From Camelus dromedarius (lineage: Eukaryota), in assembly GCF_036321535.1 (NCBI RefSeq), contig NC_087438.1:10914001-10978000 (forward strand): a stretch of 64,000 nucleotides of DNA, in the 5' to 3' direction. The stretch's first letter is position 1. Every line of letters begins with the position of its first letter. The notes below the pieces were generated by a model that saw nothing but the letters and a program-made list of their open reading frames with translations, ran no database searches and was not told the DNA's origin. Below are positions 24,006 to 36,280 of the stretch, piece by piece. The position numbers and the translations under genes are program-made.

Positions 24006-24131
24006 ATATCTATGAAATGAATAATGTTTGTGGATTATTACATGCAAGAAAACTTAGAAAGCTGTGTTCAAAGAACACACAGGAATTAATACTTAGGCGC
24101 ATTAAGATACCTGGACTAAGTCCCACTGGGA

Positions 24132-24338
24132 CAGTGGTGTGCTAGAGCCCGCATGCACCAGCTCACACAGCCAACTGTGAATGTGTCTTTCCAACTCTGT
24201 GTTCAGTGACATCATGTGGTAGCCTAAAATCAGCCCTGAAAACATTTGCACCAAAAAAAAAAAAATCAGCAAATGCTACACATGAGGACTTTTCTTTTCC
24301 TTCAAGCTGGTTATTAAACATTTACCAGAACATGACTA
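24132..24338 (+). mobile_element. MER63A-like (hAT-Blackjack MITE)
   Basis: Starts cagtggtgtgctagagcc. Internal ttccaactctgtgttcagtgacatca. Ends ttaaacatttaccagaacatgacta. Confidence 0.85.
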
Positions 24339-24344
24339 TGTAAG

Positions 24345-24510
24345 GGGAACAGAATGAAATTTAGAATCAGAGGATTTAAATTTGAATCCTACTTCCACTA
24401 CTTACCACCTCTTTAATTTGGGAAGATGATGTTGTATTTCCAGGTCTCAATTTCCTTAATTTTAAAGTGGGAGGGAGGAAACTTGTCAGAAAGGGTAGCT
24501 TGAGATAAAA
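24345..24510 (+). mobile_element. MIR SINE
   Basis: ttagaatcagaggatttaaatttgaatcctacttccactacttacc...gtctcaatttccttaattttaaagtggg. Confidence 0.75.
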
Positions 24511-24908
24511 CACAAAGAAGAGACTGGGGTTCCTGAGCCCTGCTCACTCAGCCTCTCCTACCACACACAGTCCCCCCAGGCACAGGTGGAAGGCTTGGTG
24601 TCTGCTCCCCTGGACTGGCTGGGTTAGAGAGCAATAATACTCATTTTTATACCTGGTTGATACAGCTTCTAATATTTTATTCATGATTTTACATTTCAGT
24701 ATAATTTTGCAGCTTATTCTTTTCTTACTTAGTTTTGGTGTCAAGGTTTTACAAATTTCATTAAATAAGTTGAGAATCATTCTCTAATTTTTTGTTCTTT
24801 GGAAAAGTTTTTATAAGACTAGAATTATTCCATCCTGAATACTTGGCATAACTTGTTTGCTTTGAGATCTGGTGGGATTTTGACAGATATATTCCTTTTT
24901 TTTGGAGG

Positions 24909-24976
24909 TTTTTTTTTTTTAATTGAAGTATAGTTGACTTACAATGTTGTATTAGTTTCAGGTGTAAGCAAAGTGA

Positions 24977-25045
<69 letters not shown>

Positions 25046-25580
25046 TTTTCAGATTCTTTTTCATTATAGGATATTGAATATAGTTTCCTGTTCCATACAG
25101 TAGAAACTTATTGTTTATCTATTTTATATATAGTAGTGTGTCTGCTAATCCCAAACTCCTAATTTATCCCTCCCCCCAACTCCTTTCCCCTTTGGTAACC
25201 ATAAATTTGCTTTCCATGTCTGTGAGTCTATTTGTTTTGTAAATAAGTTCATTTGTGTCATTTTTCTTAGATTTCACATATTAGCACAATATCATATGAC
25301 ATTTGTCTTTCTCTGTCTGACTTACTTCATTTAGTATGATAATCTCGAAGTCCATGTTGCTGCAAAAGGCATTATTTCATTCTTTTTTATGGCTGAGTAA
25401 TATTTCATTGTATATATCTACTACATCTTCTTTATCCATTCATTTTTCTGTCAATAAACATTTAGTTTGCTTCCATGTCTTGGCTACTGTAAATAGTGCT
25501 GCTATGAACATTGGGGTGCATGTACTTTTTGAATTAGAGTTTTTTGTCTTTTCTGGATGTATGCCCAGGAGTGGGATTGA
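24909..25580 (-). mobile_element. 5'-truncated cetartiodactyl-type L1 3' end
   Basis: Poly-T, then attgaagtatagttgacttacaatgttgtattagtttcaggtgta...cccaggagtgggattg. Confidence 0.92.
24981..25042. repeat. (TA)31 microsatellite
   Basis: Perfect TA dinucleotide run counted from the sequence. Confidence 0.98.
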
Positions 25581-26904
25581 ATGAATAATAATAGATTTAA
25601 TGCAGTCTAAAGTTAGTCATTATCTTTATTCTCTTCTCATATAATGCATGACCTTAGAACAGTTTTAAACTAACCAATTCTCTCTTAAATGTTATTTCTA
25701 ACCAATGTACTATTTCAATCATTTAACTTTTTAGAATCAAATGTGATTATTATTGTTTGAAACAGTTGATGTTTGTTTATCTCTGACCATGTTTATCATT
25801 TTCTTTGCTCACCCCTCCTTGGTGGGTCTCCACCATCCCTTCTGGGACCATTTTCTTCATTTATGATGTACTTGTTTTACTGTAATGTATGTTATTGCCT
25901 ACTCTTGTTTTCATTTTTTTTCTTGAAAATATCTTTATTTTTGTCCTCATTTTCAAATGATAGTTTAGCTATGTATGGAATTCTTAGTTAATAGTTATAT
26001 TCTCATAGCATTTTGAAGATATGAATGCTCTGTGTTCTAGCCTCCATTGTTACTATTGAGAAGTCAATTGTTGGTATAATTATTGTGATTAATCTCTCTA
26101 TTCTCTCTGACTTTTTTTCTTGATCATCTCATGATCAATATATGTAATCACTCACTGTCATAAATTCCTTTCTTTATAACTAGCCTAAAATCTTTTCTGT
26201 GTTAGAAAGATTATTTTTCTTAGCCTTGTTCTTACAGAAATCATATAGTTATTCATCATTTCTTTATTAATTATTTTATTTAAATAGGATTTATTGAATA
26301 TCCTCTACACACTTAGGATTGTTCTAAGCACTACAGATGAAGGACAAAAAAAAAAAAAGAAACCCAGAGAGAAGGCCCGTGTTCTAATAGAGTTTCTCTT
26401 CTACATTAGACAATTAAGCCCTGCTTCATTCTTTCATAGGCTATGAAAGTATTGAGATCATTTACAATTTTCCTTATGTGGTTAATTTTCCACCCTTTAA
26501 TAACTCTTATTTTTCTCCTAGGTCTCCTTGACACGGACTTTGTAATCTTGAGTCTGTCAAAGTATGTTAATGGTAAGTCTGTGCAAAGCTCCAGTCAAGA
26601 TTTCAGTGGTCTCATATGTAAAAGTTTTCTTTAATTTCATAGTTACAGGGAGTAACCAAAGTGGAATTTAAGATACCAGGACCCTTGGTCAAGCTTCAAC
26701 AGCAGAGTGGTCTTGAACAAATTCCTAAATCATTCTGGGTTCGAATGTCCAAAATTCAAGAACAAAGTGGTTCCAGTGATTCTTTAGGTTGTTCTAGTTC
26801 TATACTCTATTTTCCAAAGCACCAAAAAGTAGACACCTTAGTGAGGAGCCCTGAAATCCAGCCTCTCCTATTCAATTGCAGAGACGAAGAGTGTTTCTTA
26901 CATT

Positions 26905-27340
26905 TGGATCAGGAAAGACTTCATCCGCAAAACCACAAAGCAGAAAACCCAACTTGGTGGCTTCAACAGAAGGAGATCTATCATCTCACCAACAAATCCT
27001 AAATAGGTAAATTCAGGGTTGGTGTAGCTGCTTACAAGTGTCACCGGGGCCCTCGGCTCCTTCTCTCTCTTTGTTTCAAGCCATCATTTCAAGAACATTG
27101 TTCTTGGACAGTAGTCAGGTCTTGGGGCATCAGATCTTCACTTCAGGCAGCAAAAGGAGGAAGAAGGAAAGAGCCAAAGAGGCAAAATGGGCCATAGTTA
27201 CTAAGCTCATCCCTTTGAAAAAGTCTTTCTTGGAAATTTCCTCCACTGACTTCTATGAACATGTAATTGTCCAAAACTGTGTCACATGGTTATTCTTATC
27301 TGTTAATAGTCATGAAAAATTGAGTATTTTCAGCCTTTCT
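26905..27340 (-). mobile_element. Old MLT1 (J/L-like) MaLR LTR
   Basis: aaacccaacttggtggcttcaac...ggctccttctct...ttcaggcagcaaaaggagg...tgtccaaaactgtgtcacatgg. Confidence 0.7.
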
Positions 27341-27949
27341 ATTGGAAGAAGCTAATATATTTAAATTCTGTAATCATTACCCGTCTTGTCTTTGTGAAAA
27401 AATAAAGACTTAGATATAATGAATCATGGACTAAGAAAAAACATCCAATCATAGTAAAAACAAACAAGACACAATTCAGTGAGGGAATGTGATGAACTAA
27501 AAGTGTGCAGTTTTGAATTAAATGTGTATTTCCTTTGCTCTACACTTTAATCCTGCCAGATGTTCTCTTGAGAGAGAAGCAAGGTGCCTTCTGTTACCTC
27601 TGTTCTAATATATAAATATGATCTTACAATGGAGAGGGAGAGGGGAAGAGAAACTAGGGGAAGAGAGAGAAGAAACAGAGTGAGAGCAAGAGAGAGAGAG
27701 ATTCAGTAGACGGTTAATGTGGTTACTTTCTGTTCTCCAGCAACAATGGCGTTTACTTGATGATGACTGTATACAATGGAATGCATGCTGTCAATCAATT
27801 GAGTTTATCCCGTGGACTCCTCTTTGTGCTGGTGTAAGTGGCTATAAATGAATTCTCTGCTAGCACTGTGTACTTGAAACTCCTCCTAGTGCACTTGGCT
27901 CTTCATGCTCACGGTACAGCACTAGTCTGACTGCTTAATGTTTCAAATA

Positions 27950-28110
27950 TGGTGTGATGTAATAAAAAGTACATGAGAGTAAGGATCACAAAATCTGGAT
28001 TTAAGAGCTTGGCCCCATGAATCTCATCAATTTTATTATCTGTCAAAACAAGAAAGAGAACATCACCACCCAAAACATGTGATTGCTGTGAGAACTGATG
28101 AGAAGAAATT
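27950..28110 (+). mobile_element. MIR fragment
   Basis: atggtgtgatgtaataaaaagtacatgagag...ctcatcaattttattatctgtcaaaac...gattgctgtgagaactgatgaga. Confidence 0.55.
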
Positions 28111-28159
28111 CATCATAATACTGTGCTATACTTACAGAAAAGTAACATTCAGCATTCCA

Positions 28160-29092
28160 CCAATCTCACGGAGAAATAGGCAAAGAAATAATTACTTTAT
28201 GATATGATCATCACTAAAATGGAAATATATATACACAAGTGAAAGGGCAGCTGCAATGAGTGTTTAAATCTGTGCAGGGAGCTAGAAAGTTCTGCTCAGA
28301 GAATGCAATCTTGAGCTGAGACTTTTAAGAACATAACGTCTTCCAGGAGGATAAGATGTGTGAGGGAATTGGGGGAAGAAAAGGAGAAGCCAAGAGCTAC
28401 TATTGGTTAAAAATTACCAAATACAAGATGTTAAGAGAGTGCAATGGACAGAAGGGTGGACAAGTCAGCTAAGGCCAGATCATAGAGAACTTTATCTGCC
28501 TGATTAAGGAGGCCTATTGTATTGTGTAGGATGTAAGGGTGCTGAAAAACCTTGAGGAAAGTAAAGAACAGACAGTGGGAAAGGAGAAAATGAATGCCCT
28601 TCTTACAACGTGCAGAGCTGGTTGGAATTGGCTGGGAAGCCTGTGAGCAGGCTGGCCACTGCAGTCATCCAGCATGGAATGACAGGACCTACACTATGGA
28701 TATGTCGGAGAGTGGTTGGCTAGGCTGGAGGTATATTTACAGGAAGTAAATTAACTGGATATTTTAATCAATTATCTGGAAGGGGAGGAAACTTACTGAT
28801 ACTCAGACTTTTGTCTTAAGATGGTTGGGTGGATGTAAGGACCATTCTTTAAGATAGGGAATATAGGAGACAGAGTCAGAGTAAAGGGGAGGTCAAGAGT
28901 AAAGTTCAAAACATACAGAATTGAAAATATAGACAAGGCGGGAGAGCAGACTATGGATGTTCTAAGTAGAGATGTTCAAACAACAATTAGATAGCCTTTC
29001 ATTCACTCAGTTATTTAACAGTCATTAAACACCTATGGACCAGGCACCAGGCTGAGCAGAGAGGATGTAAGATGATAAAGACGCTGTTCCCT
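28160..29092 (-). mobile_element. L2 fragments (body plus a second tail at about 28998-29092)
   Basis: ttgagctgagactt...aaggccagatcatagagaacttt...gaggtcaagagtaaagttc. Tail ttcattcactcagttatttaacag. Confidence 0.75.
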
Positions 29093-29093
29093 C

Positions 29094-29288
29094 AAATAGA
29101 TAAACAACAAGGACCTTCTGTACAGCACAGGAAACTATATTCAATTTCTTGCAATGAGCCATAATGGAAAAGAAACTGAAAAAATATATATGTATGTATA
29201 TATATGAAAAACTGAATCACTTTGCTGTACACCTGAAACTAACACTGTAAATTGACTATGCTTCAATAAAAAACAAGAATAAAAAGAG
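29094..29288 (+). mobile_element. 5'-truncated cetartiodactyl-type L1 3' end
   Basis: aaatagataaacaacaaggacct...actgaatcactttgctgtacacctgaaactaacac...ttcaataaaaaac. Confidence 0.9.
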
Positions 29289-29403
29289 GATTTTACTGCC
29301 CCATAGGAAAATAGCCATACACCCATGTAAGCAGAATGAAACCATTATAAATGTTAAGATACAAATAAATGTAGAACATGGGGGATAATAAATGAATTCA
29401 ACT

Positions 29404-29863
29404 CTTTTTTAAAATTGAAGCATAGCTGATTTACAAGTTTATACTGCAGATATACAGTATGGTGATTTGATATTTTTTAGATTATACCCCATTTCAAGTT
29501 ATTATAAAATATTGATTGGCTATACTCCCTGTGCTGTCCTTTGTACCCTTGTATCTTATTTATTTTATACCTAGTAGTTTGTGCTTCTTAATTCCCTTCT
29601 CCTATCCTGCCCCTCCCCTCCCCCACTCCCACTGGTCACTACTAGTTTGCTCTCTTTATCTATGAGTCTGTTTCTTTTTTGTTATATTCATTCATTTGTT
29701 TTAATTTTTAGATTCCACATATATGTGATAACACAGAATATTTGTCTTTCTCTGTCTGGCTTATTTCACTAAGCATAATACCTTCCGTGTAGAAAATGGC
29801 AGAATTTCATTCTTTATATGGCTAACTAACATTCTTCTGTATATATATACAACGTCTTTATCC
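29404..29863 (-). mobile_element. 5'-truncated L1 3' end with TSD
   Basis: Antisense L1 3' UTR. TSD core aaatgaattca at 29390-29400 and 29864-29874. Confidence 0.9.
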
Positions 29864-30044
29864 AAATGAATTCATTGCTTGCAAGGAAAGCCTAGAATGG
29901 AGGCACTTTATTTGAGAACGTTAACGTGAAGGTGATTGGTGAACTCTTGGACATCACTGGAATTGCACATGGAGACACATAAAATAAAAAGTGTGGTCTG
30001 AACCTGGGAATCATGGAGGAGCTTGAGAAGAGGGAGGCAGGACA

Positions 30045-30262
30045 GAGCAGCACTTAAGAGCATGGGGTTTGCTGCAAGAAAGACCGGGATCTGAGTCTCA
30101 GCTCTGTCTCTGCTAGATGCATGACCTTGTAAAACTTATTCGATCTCTTTAAGGATATTTTATCATCTGAAAAATGGGTGTGACATTATTAGCTCTGACT
30201 CAAAAGGGTATTGAAAGAACTAGGGAAATCATGGTTGGAGACTACAAAGCACTTAACATTTT
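30045..30262 (+). mobile_element. MIR SINE (near full length) within L2 fragments
   Basis: ttaagagcatgggg...gagtctcagctctgtc...tgaccttg...atctgaaaaatggg...aaagcacttaaca. Confidence 0.85.
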
Positions 30263-30319
30263 ATGTCAGAAAATGAAAAATGTTTTAAATCTTCAATACA
30301 ATTGGAAAACAAGGAAGCT

Positions 30320-30760
30320 GGCAATAAAACCAAGGACACTGTCCTGCTATGGCATTCAGGAAAGATCAGAATCTCAAGAGAGGAGTCAGCAGACATTGTG
30401 GCAGACATTGCAGAGAGGTTAACACAGTGGGGAATGAAAACTGTCTGTTGGACTGGGAGATAGGAAGCCATTGGTGGCTTAATAAAAGTAGTTTCCAAAG
30501 TCTGGTGGGGCCATCTTGCAGTAGTTTGAAAAGTGAATGACAAGTGAAGAATTCCAAAGAGCAAGTCATACATATTCTTTCAGAAATTTTTTTCTATACA
30601 GCGAAGGGGAATAACTTCAGGGAGACAAAGTGTCAGTAAAAGTGCTTTATTTTTCCTTGAAGATGGTAAAAAACTATTTTCCACGTGGATAGGAGAGAAT
30701 CAATGGAGAGGAAAGTGGGGAAGAAACAGCAAAGAAGGGGTACTTGATGGCTTGAGGTCT
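30320..30760 (-). mobile_element. L2 fragment
   Basis: gcagagaggttaac...aatgaaaactgtctgttggactggg...gaagccattggtggctt resembles antisense L2. Confidence 0.65.
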
Positions 30761-30910
30761 AGAAGACTGCTGGGGACATGAGGACCAGAGTACTCTGGCT
30801 GGATGAGCTGAAAGGAGAACCCAAGTCAGCAAGGATGGAGGAACTACCTTGTCTAGGTCATCTCCATTGGTTGAGCTTCGGGTTTCACTGAGATGAGTGG
30901 TAACTGCATC

Positions 30911-31226
30911 CAGGGATCGAGCAGGTGGTTCACATGAATGAAGCTGGCCTGCCTGAAGCATGTCTGCAACATTACAGGAGTGGTGGGATGTAGACAGAAT
31001 TGGTGCTCTCGGGCTCCTCAGCCCCAGCAGATTGTACTTGTAGGAATATTGAAGCCAGGGTTGTGAGATATTCCTGTTCTTCAAAAGCAGCCAGAAGCTT
31101 GGACTTCATGTGAAATACCCTGATTTTTATTTTGGTCTACATTTAAGGGGGAAAGAAAAGCCAAGCCCAACAAAAACCCATCCACAAGCCAAACTTAGCT
31201 TATGGACCACGAGATTGCAACCTCTG
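30911..31226 (-). mobile_element. MER102-like (hAT-Charlie) MITE
   Basis: Ends ...gattgcaacctctg. Internal ttcaaaagcagccagaagcttggacttcatgtgaaataccctgattttt. Confidence 0.75.
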
Positions 31227-32617
31227 CCGTGAGAGCAAAAAGCAGAGCTCTGGAAGTGATAGAGATCCTGCAGTGGGAAGCAGACATCATCTGAGCTTGG
31301 TCCAGGGGGCATCAGCCTCTGAACAAGTAAGGCAAACACGTAGACGGGGATACACGGTCAGGGGTCAGTAGACTATGAACTATCTGACTTAGTTGTCGCT
31401 CTAAAGGTGGATGTTCATGGTTGCTATAAGTGAAATCTTCCGTGGCAGTAAGAAGAAAGTCAATGTTATTTTTCATCTTCTAAAGGTGCTTTCAGTTTCC
31501 ACCTTGCCCTGACATAGACATGCCCTGTCACTCTTGATATGCTGACACTCCACCCACATATCTAGTCATCTTCCTCCATTACTACTGCTGCATTTTGCTT
31601 CCCCTTGGTTCCCTGGTACCAAAGCTGAAGTGTGAGATGGACAAAAGGGAGTGGTCCAAACTGGGGGAAAAAAAAGAGTTCAATCTAATTTCATCCCCTT
31701 TCCCCATGTTACCCCACCTCCAGACCTGATGAAAAGGATGGCAGTTTCCTATATTACAAAAGTAAGCTACATTCCATTAATGTTGTAATCTCTTTGGCCC
31801 CATCTCTAACCTGGCAAGCGTGAAGAACATGGAAAGTTTATACACTGAGAGAGACTTTTAGATTAGCTCATGTTTTGTTTGGAAAATGTATGACTCTGCT
31901 TGGAGATAGTATAGTAATGCAGTTCCTTGATGGTGTGGGGGGAATATTGTGACATTTCCTAAACATAATAGCTTCATGGTTTCTTGGGATGGAAAATGTC
32001 TAAAGGAAACCTGCAAAAAATTGTTTTGTAAACTTAACAGAAACTTGAGATTAAAAATGTCATTTTTGGCTCTAACTGCAATAACTGCTTAGTACCATAT
32101 GTGTATTTTAAAAGATTTAAGAATAAAACATTTAATCATCTGCGTACAGAATTATATTGGTAACTTTTTAGTAGGAAATGTTTGGTTTTAACACGTTTGG
32201 CATTCTCTTTGTATAGGTAATTCTAATTGCTTCTACCAGGGGTCTCCAAAACCTTTGTGCATGTGGAACTAGGGGTGTCTGCTCCTTGCTATGCCCTTGG
32301 TGACTAGACCAACATTATTTGTAAAATGTATAAATGGTGGGCGTGTCTGAGAGATATGCATTAGTTTGCATATAATCATTTTGTTATTTTTAAAAGTTTG
32401 GTTGTGCCTCAGTTTTCATAATTAGGTACTTACCTTTAGATGGTACTGATACCTCATTGTAGTAACACAGATTTTTTGCTGTGGCAACAGAGCTCTTCCA
32501 CATGGAACTAATTGGTCCTGATTTCTTTTCCCACTTAGCTGCTGAATTCCTTCAACACTGTGTAGACAGAGCAAGAAAGTATTTTCTAGGAAATCCAAGA
32601 GGGGGCTTTAGTCCCTA

Positions 32618-32907
32618 CTGCAACTTTCCTAAACCCTCTTCTGTAGAACACTAATCTAACTCAAGATGTTAATAGAGATCTGCCAAAAAAAGCATATGGT
32701 GGCCAACAAAGTTTAGGAAATACAGCACCTGGTGCCCCCACATCTGGGAGAGTCTCAGTGTATATTAGTTTATCAAGGGCTTTGAAGGGTCCTTCAATAA
32801 AATTAATCTGGCTAATTTCATTTATTCAAGTACTCGCAATTTTTTGACTATGGATCTATTTCCAACGATGTTATGTGTTCCATACAAACAACTTAGAAAA
32901 TGCTGCC
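32618..32907 (+). mobile_element. hAT-Charlie MITE (MER112/113-like)
   Basis: agaacacta...agatgttaatag...aagtttaggaaatac...tatcaagggctttgaagggtcc...aacttagaaaatgctg. Confidence 0.6.
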
Positions 32908-34035
32908 CTGCCTTGTATTTATATCCTTGTGCTAATTCTTAAGATATTCTAAATCAAATTGAACAATCATGATAAAGGAATTTGAACATCACTTCTTTTC
33001 TGCTGTTTAAAAGAGTACCCTTTATTTCTTTAAAATATACAATAACCTCTAAAGTATGTGAAAATTTATAAGGAATAGTTAAACAGCCCAATGGAGTTCT
33101 TTGGTTTCTAAGGCACATTTTTCTAAGCCAAAAATACTCTTTGAAAAGTGGAAAAATAGATACAACTACCCATTTTAGTGACCATTTTCATTTTGTCTGT
33201 GATAAATTCAGAATTCCCAATGGTATACTGCATTGTCTTTATCTACAACTAATTCTGCTTTAAACACAAAATGTACAACAGTCTGGTACTGGCAGAAAAT
33301 TGTCTCTTGACATGCTTACATGCCATAGAATATGAAACATTTTCAAGATGAGAGAGTTTGATATTGTCTGCGTCAACATGGTATGGACTGCATTTTATAA
33401 GAAACTGAACTTCTGTTTCTGTTAGGTTCACATACGTTGTTTCACTCCTGGGGAAAGAAGTATGTGTAGTAAGCATATGAACAGAGTTGCTGAGAACAGA
33501 CAGAACTTATTTATTTCAAAATATAAATGCATGTTCTATTCCTCAAGAGTTTGGTGCACCCACACTTTAAAAGTTGAGCAGTTAAATTGAAAAACAGAAC
33601 CCTACATGTGACCGGGAATTCAGCATCCTGTGTTTTAGCCATACTTCCCCTTAGACGTGTTCTGGAAGGTTAGTAAAATTATTTTAGGTCTCAGTCTTTT
33701 TCTTATGGAAATGGGAACAACACAGAGCAGGATATTAATGTCTAAGCCTGACTGTGTCTTCCTCAAGAAGGATTAAAAAATACACACACAGTACAATTTG
33801 ACTGTGGAAGGTCTGGAACTTATCTGTGCAGCTTGATTTCCTAAGCTTTGAGAAGACTGAATTCCTAAGACCATGGATCCTAATGTCTGCAGAGTGATGA
33901 CTGCATAGACAATAGGAAAAGCATCTAAGTGGTCCAAGGGACAACTACACTCAGGCACTATCCCACTGATATCTTTTCTTGTTCCATCCTGAGAAAATTA
34001 TTTAAAGATAAGTAACTCGTATAACTTAAAAACAT

Positions 34036-34287
34036 AAGTGAGGGGGTGGGAAGGGATAAAATGGGAGTTTGAGATTTGTAGATACTAACTACTATATATA
34101 AAATAGATAAACAACAAGTTTCCTCTGCATAGCACAGGGAACCTTATTCAATATCTTGTAGGAACCTATGATGAAAAAGAATATGAAAACAAACATATGT
34201 ATGTCTATGTATGACTGAAACATTATGCTGTACACCAGAAATTGATACAACATTGTAAACTGACTATATTTCAGTGAAAAAAAAAAG
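34036..34287 (+). mobile_element. Lineage-specific L1 3' end
   Basis: gggtgggaagggataaaatgggagtttgagatttgtagatac...gactgaaacattatgctgtacaccagaaattgatacaac, then poly-A. Confidence 0.92.
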
Positions 34288-34529
34288 ATTTAGACAATAA
34301 AATAAATTGATACTGGTAAGAAAAAAGAACACGAGTGGATCCACTGTCACTACAAAAAAAACCCACACAAATGACACTATAAAAAATAGGATTTCTTGTA
34401 ACGTAAGTGGACACTGTTGAATATGAGTTCTTTGTGGGAATCTGGAGTTCCCTAGTCAATTCTGATTCCAAGATGGTCATTCATATTATATAGCAAAGCT
34501 TTCGCTGGTCACCTCAGCAGAAATAATTA

Positions 34530-34670
34530 TAAATATATCTATATCTATATCCATCTACATATAGACATATACACACATGTACATGCATATATAATAATAG
34601 GTATATATACATGTATGCTATATACATATATGTGTACAAAATACATATATGTATAAATGCACATATATTT
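34530..34670. repeat. (TA/CA)-rich low-complexity tract
   Basis: Irregular atatac/atacat units. Confidence 0.85.
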
Positions 34671-34974
34671 TCTTTGGCAGAACATCTTTATTTGGATAGT
34701 GAAATTGACATGACAGGTCTGGAGAGCTAAGCCTGCCCCAGCTTCATCCTCACTCCTCATAACATCCTTTTCCCAGCAAGACCTTATAAGCATGAGCCTT
34801 TGAGATTTTGAGAGTAACTCTTCAACAGAGTATCTCCTCTGAAGTTAGTAAATTGCTGTTGATAGGGTTCCTTTTAGATTATTTCACCAAAATAGAGTAG
34901 TTGGTGCTTATGGAATTATGTGGTTGCAAAGAAAGCCCAGTTTCTTGGAGATTTCTCTTTCAGCGTGGGAAGGA

Positions 34975-35290
34975 ATAATACTTTGTGTTTCCCATGCCTT
35001 TTTCTTTTCATGGGATGCAGGAAGACTACGTTTCTCAAAACCTCTTGCTGTGGGTTTGGAGCTATGAAACTGGCCATTGTAATGTGCATGGAAGTGATGT
35101 GTGTTACTTCCAGGTCTGGTGCTCGAAAATACCCCCATGAGAGCAGTCCAGACCCAGGGACCATCCATCCAGTGCTGCCCAGACTCATGACGCTTTGCGT
35201 AAGTGAGAAATAGACTTCTTTTGTATTGTGTCACTGATTTGGAGGGCTTATCTGTTGTAACAATCAGCATTGATTTTCCTGACTAATAAA
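34975..35290 (+). mobile_element. MLT1J-like MaLR LTR
   Basis: ggaagactacgtttctc...ggaagtgatgtgtgttacttccagg...gtgagaaatagactt...cctgactaata. Confidence 0.75.
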
Positions 35291-35473
35291 CTCAGAAAAT
35301 AATCAAACAGGGTGGCAGTCAAGTACATCCATCAGATTCGGTCCCATTAAATATTTTCATGTGGGTTGATCTTGTTAGTAATGGGACAAAGTGTTTATGG
35401 GCCCCTGAAACATTTACCAATAGTCTGGGAATGTGGTATCACATGGAAACAAACATAAACAGCCTGAAAAAAA

Positions 35474-35580
35474 GTGTATAACTGAGAAATTGGGCTCTAC
35501 ATTGGAATTTGACACAACATTGTAAAATGACTATAACTCAATAAAAAAGTGTTAAAAAAAAAAAAAGAAAAAGAAAAAAT
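35474..35580 (+). mobile_element. Extremely 5'-truncated young L1 tail (about 75 bp plus poly-A)
   Basis: gtataactgagaaattgggctctacattggaattttgacacaacattgtaaaatgactataactcaataaaaaa. TSD ending aaagtgt on both sides. Confidence 0.88.
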
Positions 35581-36039
35581 AAAGTGTGAAAGGGCCATGG
35601 GTTGTTATATTGTTTACCTTAACAGAAATCTTATTCGCAGCCAGACTTCTATTTCAGCATGAAATAAACTCCTTTTGGTCTTCGGCCTTAGGAATTATCC
35701 AAATGTATATTATAGACTGTATATTTCTGGGCATTGTGTCCCAGAGACTCCTGTCCAATTCAGGCAAGAATATTTCATTTTAAGTACACTCAGTGTTCAC
35801 TAACTCATAGGCAAGTCTGCCTCACGTTTCCATTTCAGTCGGTCTCACGTAGAGTTCATCTGTATGTTGCATTTCTGGTGAGAGATGGAAAAATATAATT
35901 TGAAATCACATACAGGTTATCAAAACTATGGATAGTTTTCCCGTCAAATAAATAGACACTAGAGTAAAACGGCACTCTTGAATCCAGGAACAGATTGATA
36001 TGTCCCTGTAGCTAATGAGGTGAGGGAGGGACTGGGCAG

Positions 36040-36280
36040 AGGGGAAGAAGCAATGGCCTTGGGGCTAGAAAGTCTGCTGCCATGTTCTTCTCTTACATTA
36101 CTGCCTGTGACCTTGACACGTATCAGGAATCATTTCGTCTTTGAGAGCGTCAGGGTTTTAATTTGCAAGACGGAGAGGATATTATCTTCCCAGCCTATTT
36201 TACATGCTTGCTTTAAGTTATGAGATAAAATGCAAGAAAGTGCGTTATGAAATGCTTTAAACCAACGTGTTATTATAATT
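36040..36280 (+). mobile_element. MIR SINE
   Basis: ctgtgaccttgac...tcagggttttaatttgcaagacggagaggat...atgagataaaatgcaagaaagtgc. Confidence 0.75.

Larger units (their letters stand above)
24640..26130 (-). mobile_element. Ancient L1ME/HAL1-like fragments flanking a younger L1
   Basis: 24640-24890 is ORF2-like antisense (gttttggtgtcaaggtt...ttctttggaaaag). 25590-26130 is ORF1-like antisense (gatagtttagctatgtatggaattcttagtt...cctccattgttactattgagaagtca). Confidence 0.55.

Noticed and set aside
30674..31084. 136-aa minus-strand ORF
   Set aside because: Non-ATG start, spans L2 and MER102-like repeats, no recognisable domain.
32424..32600. Possible minus-strand exon (donor AAG|gtaagt near 32429, acceptor near 32587)
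   Set aside because: Isolated, weak acceptor, and the only open frame gives an unrecognisable peptide.
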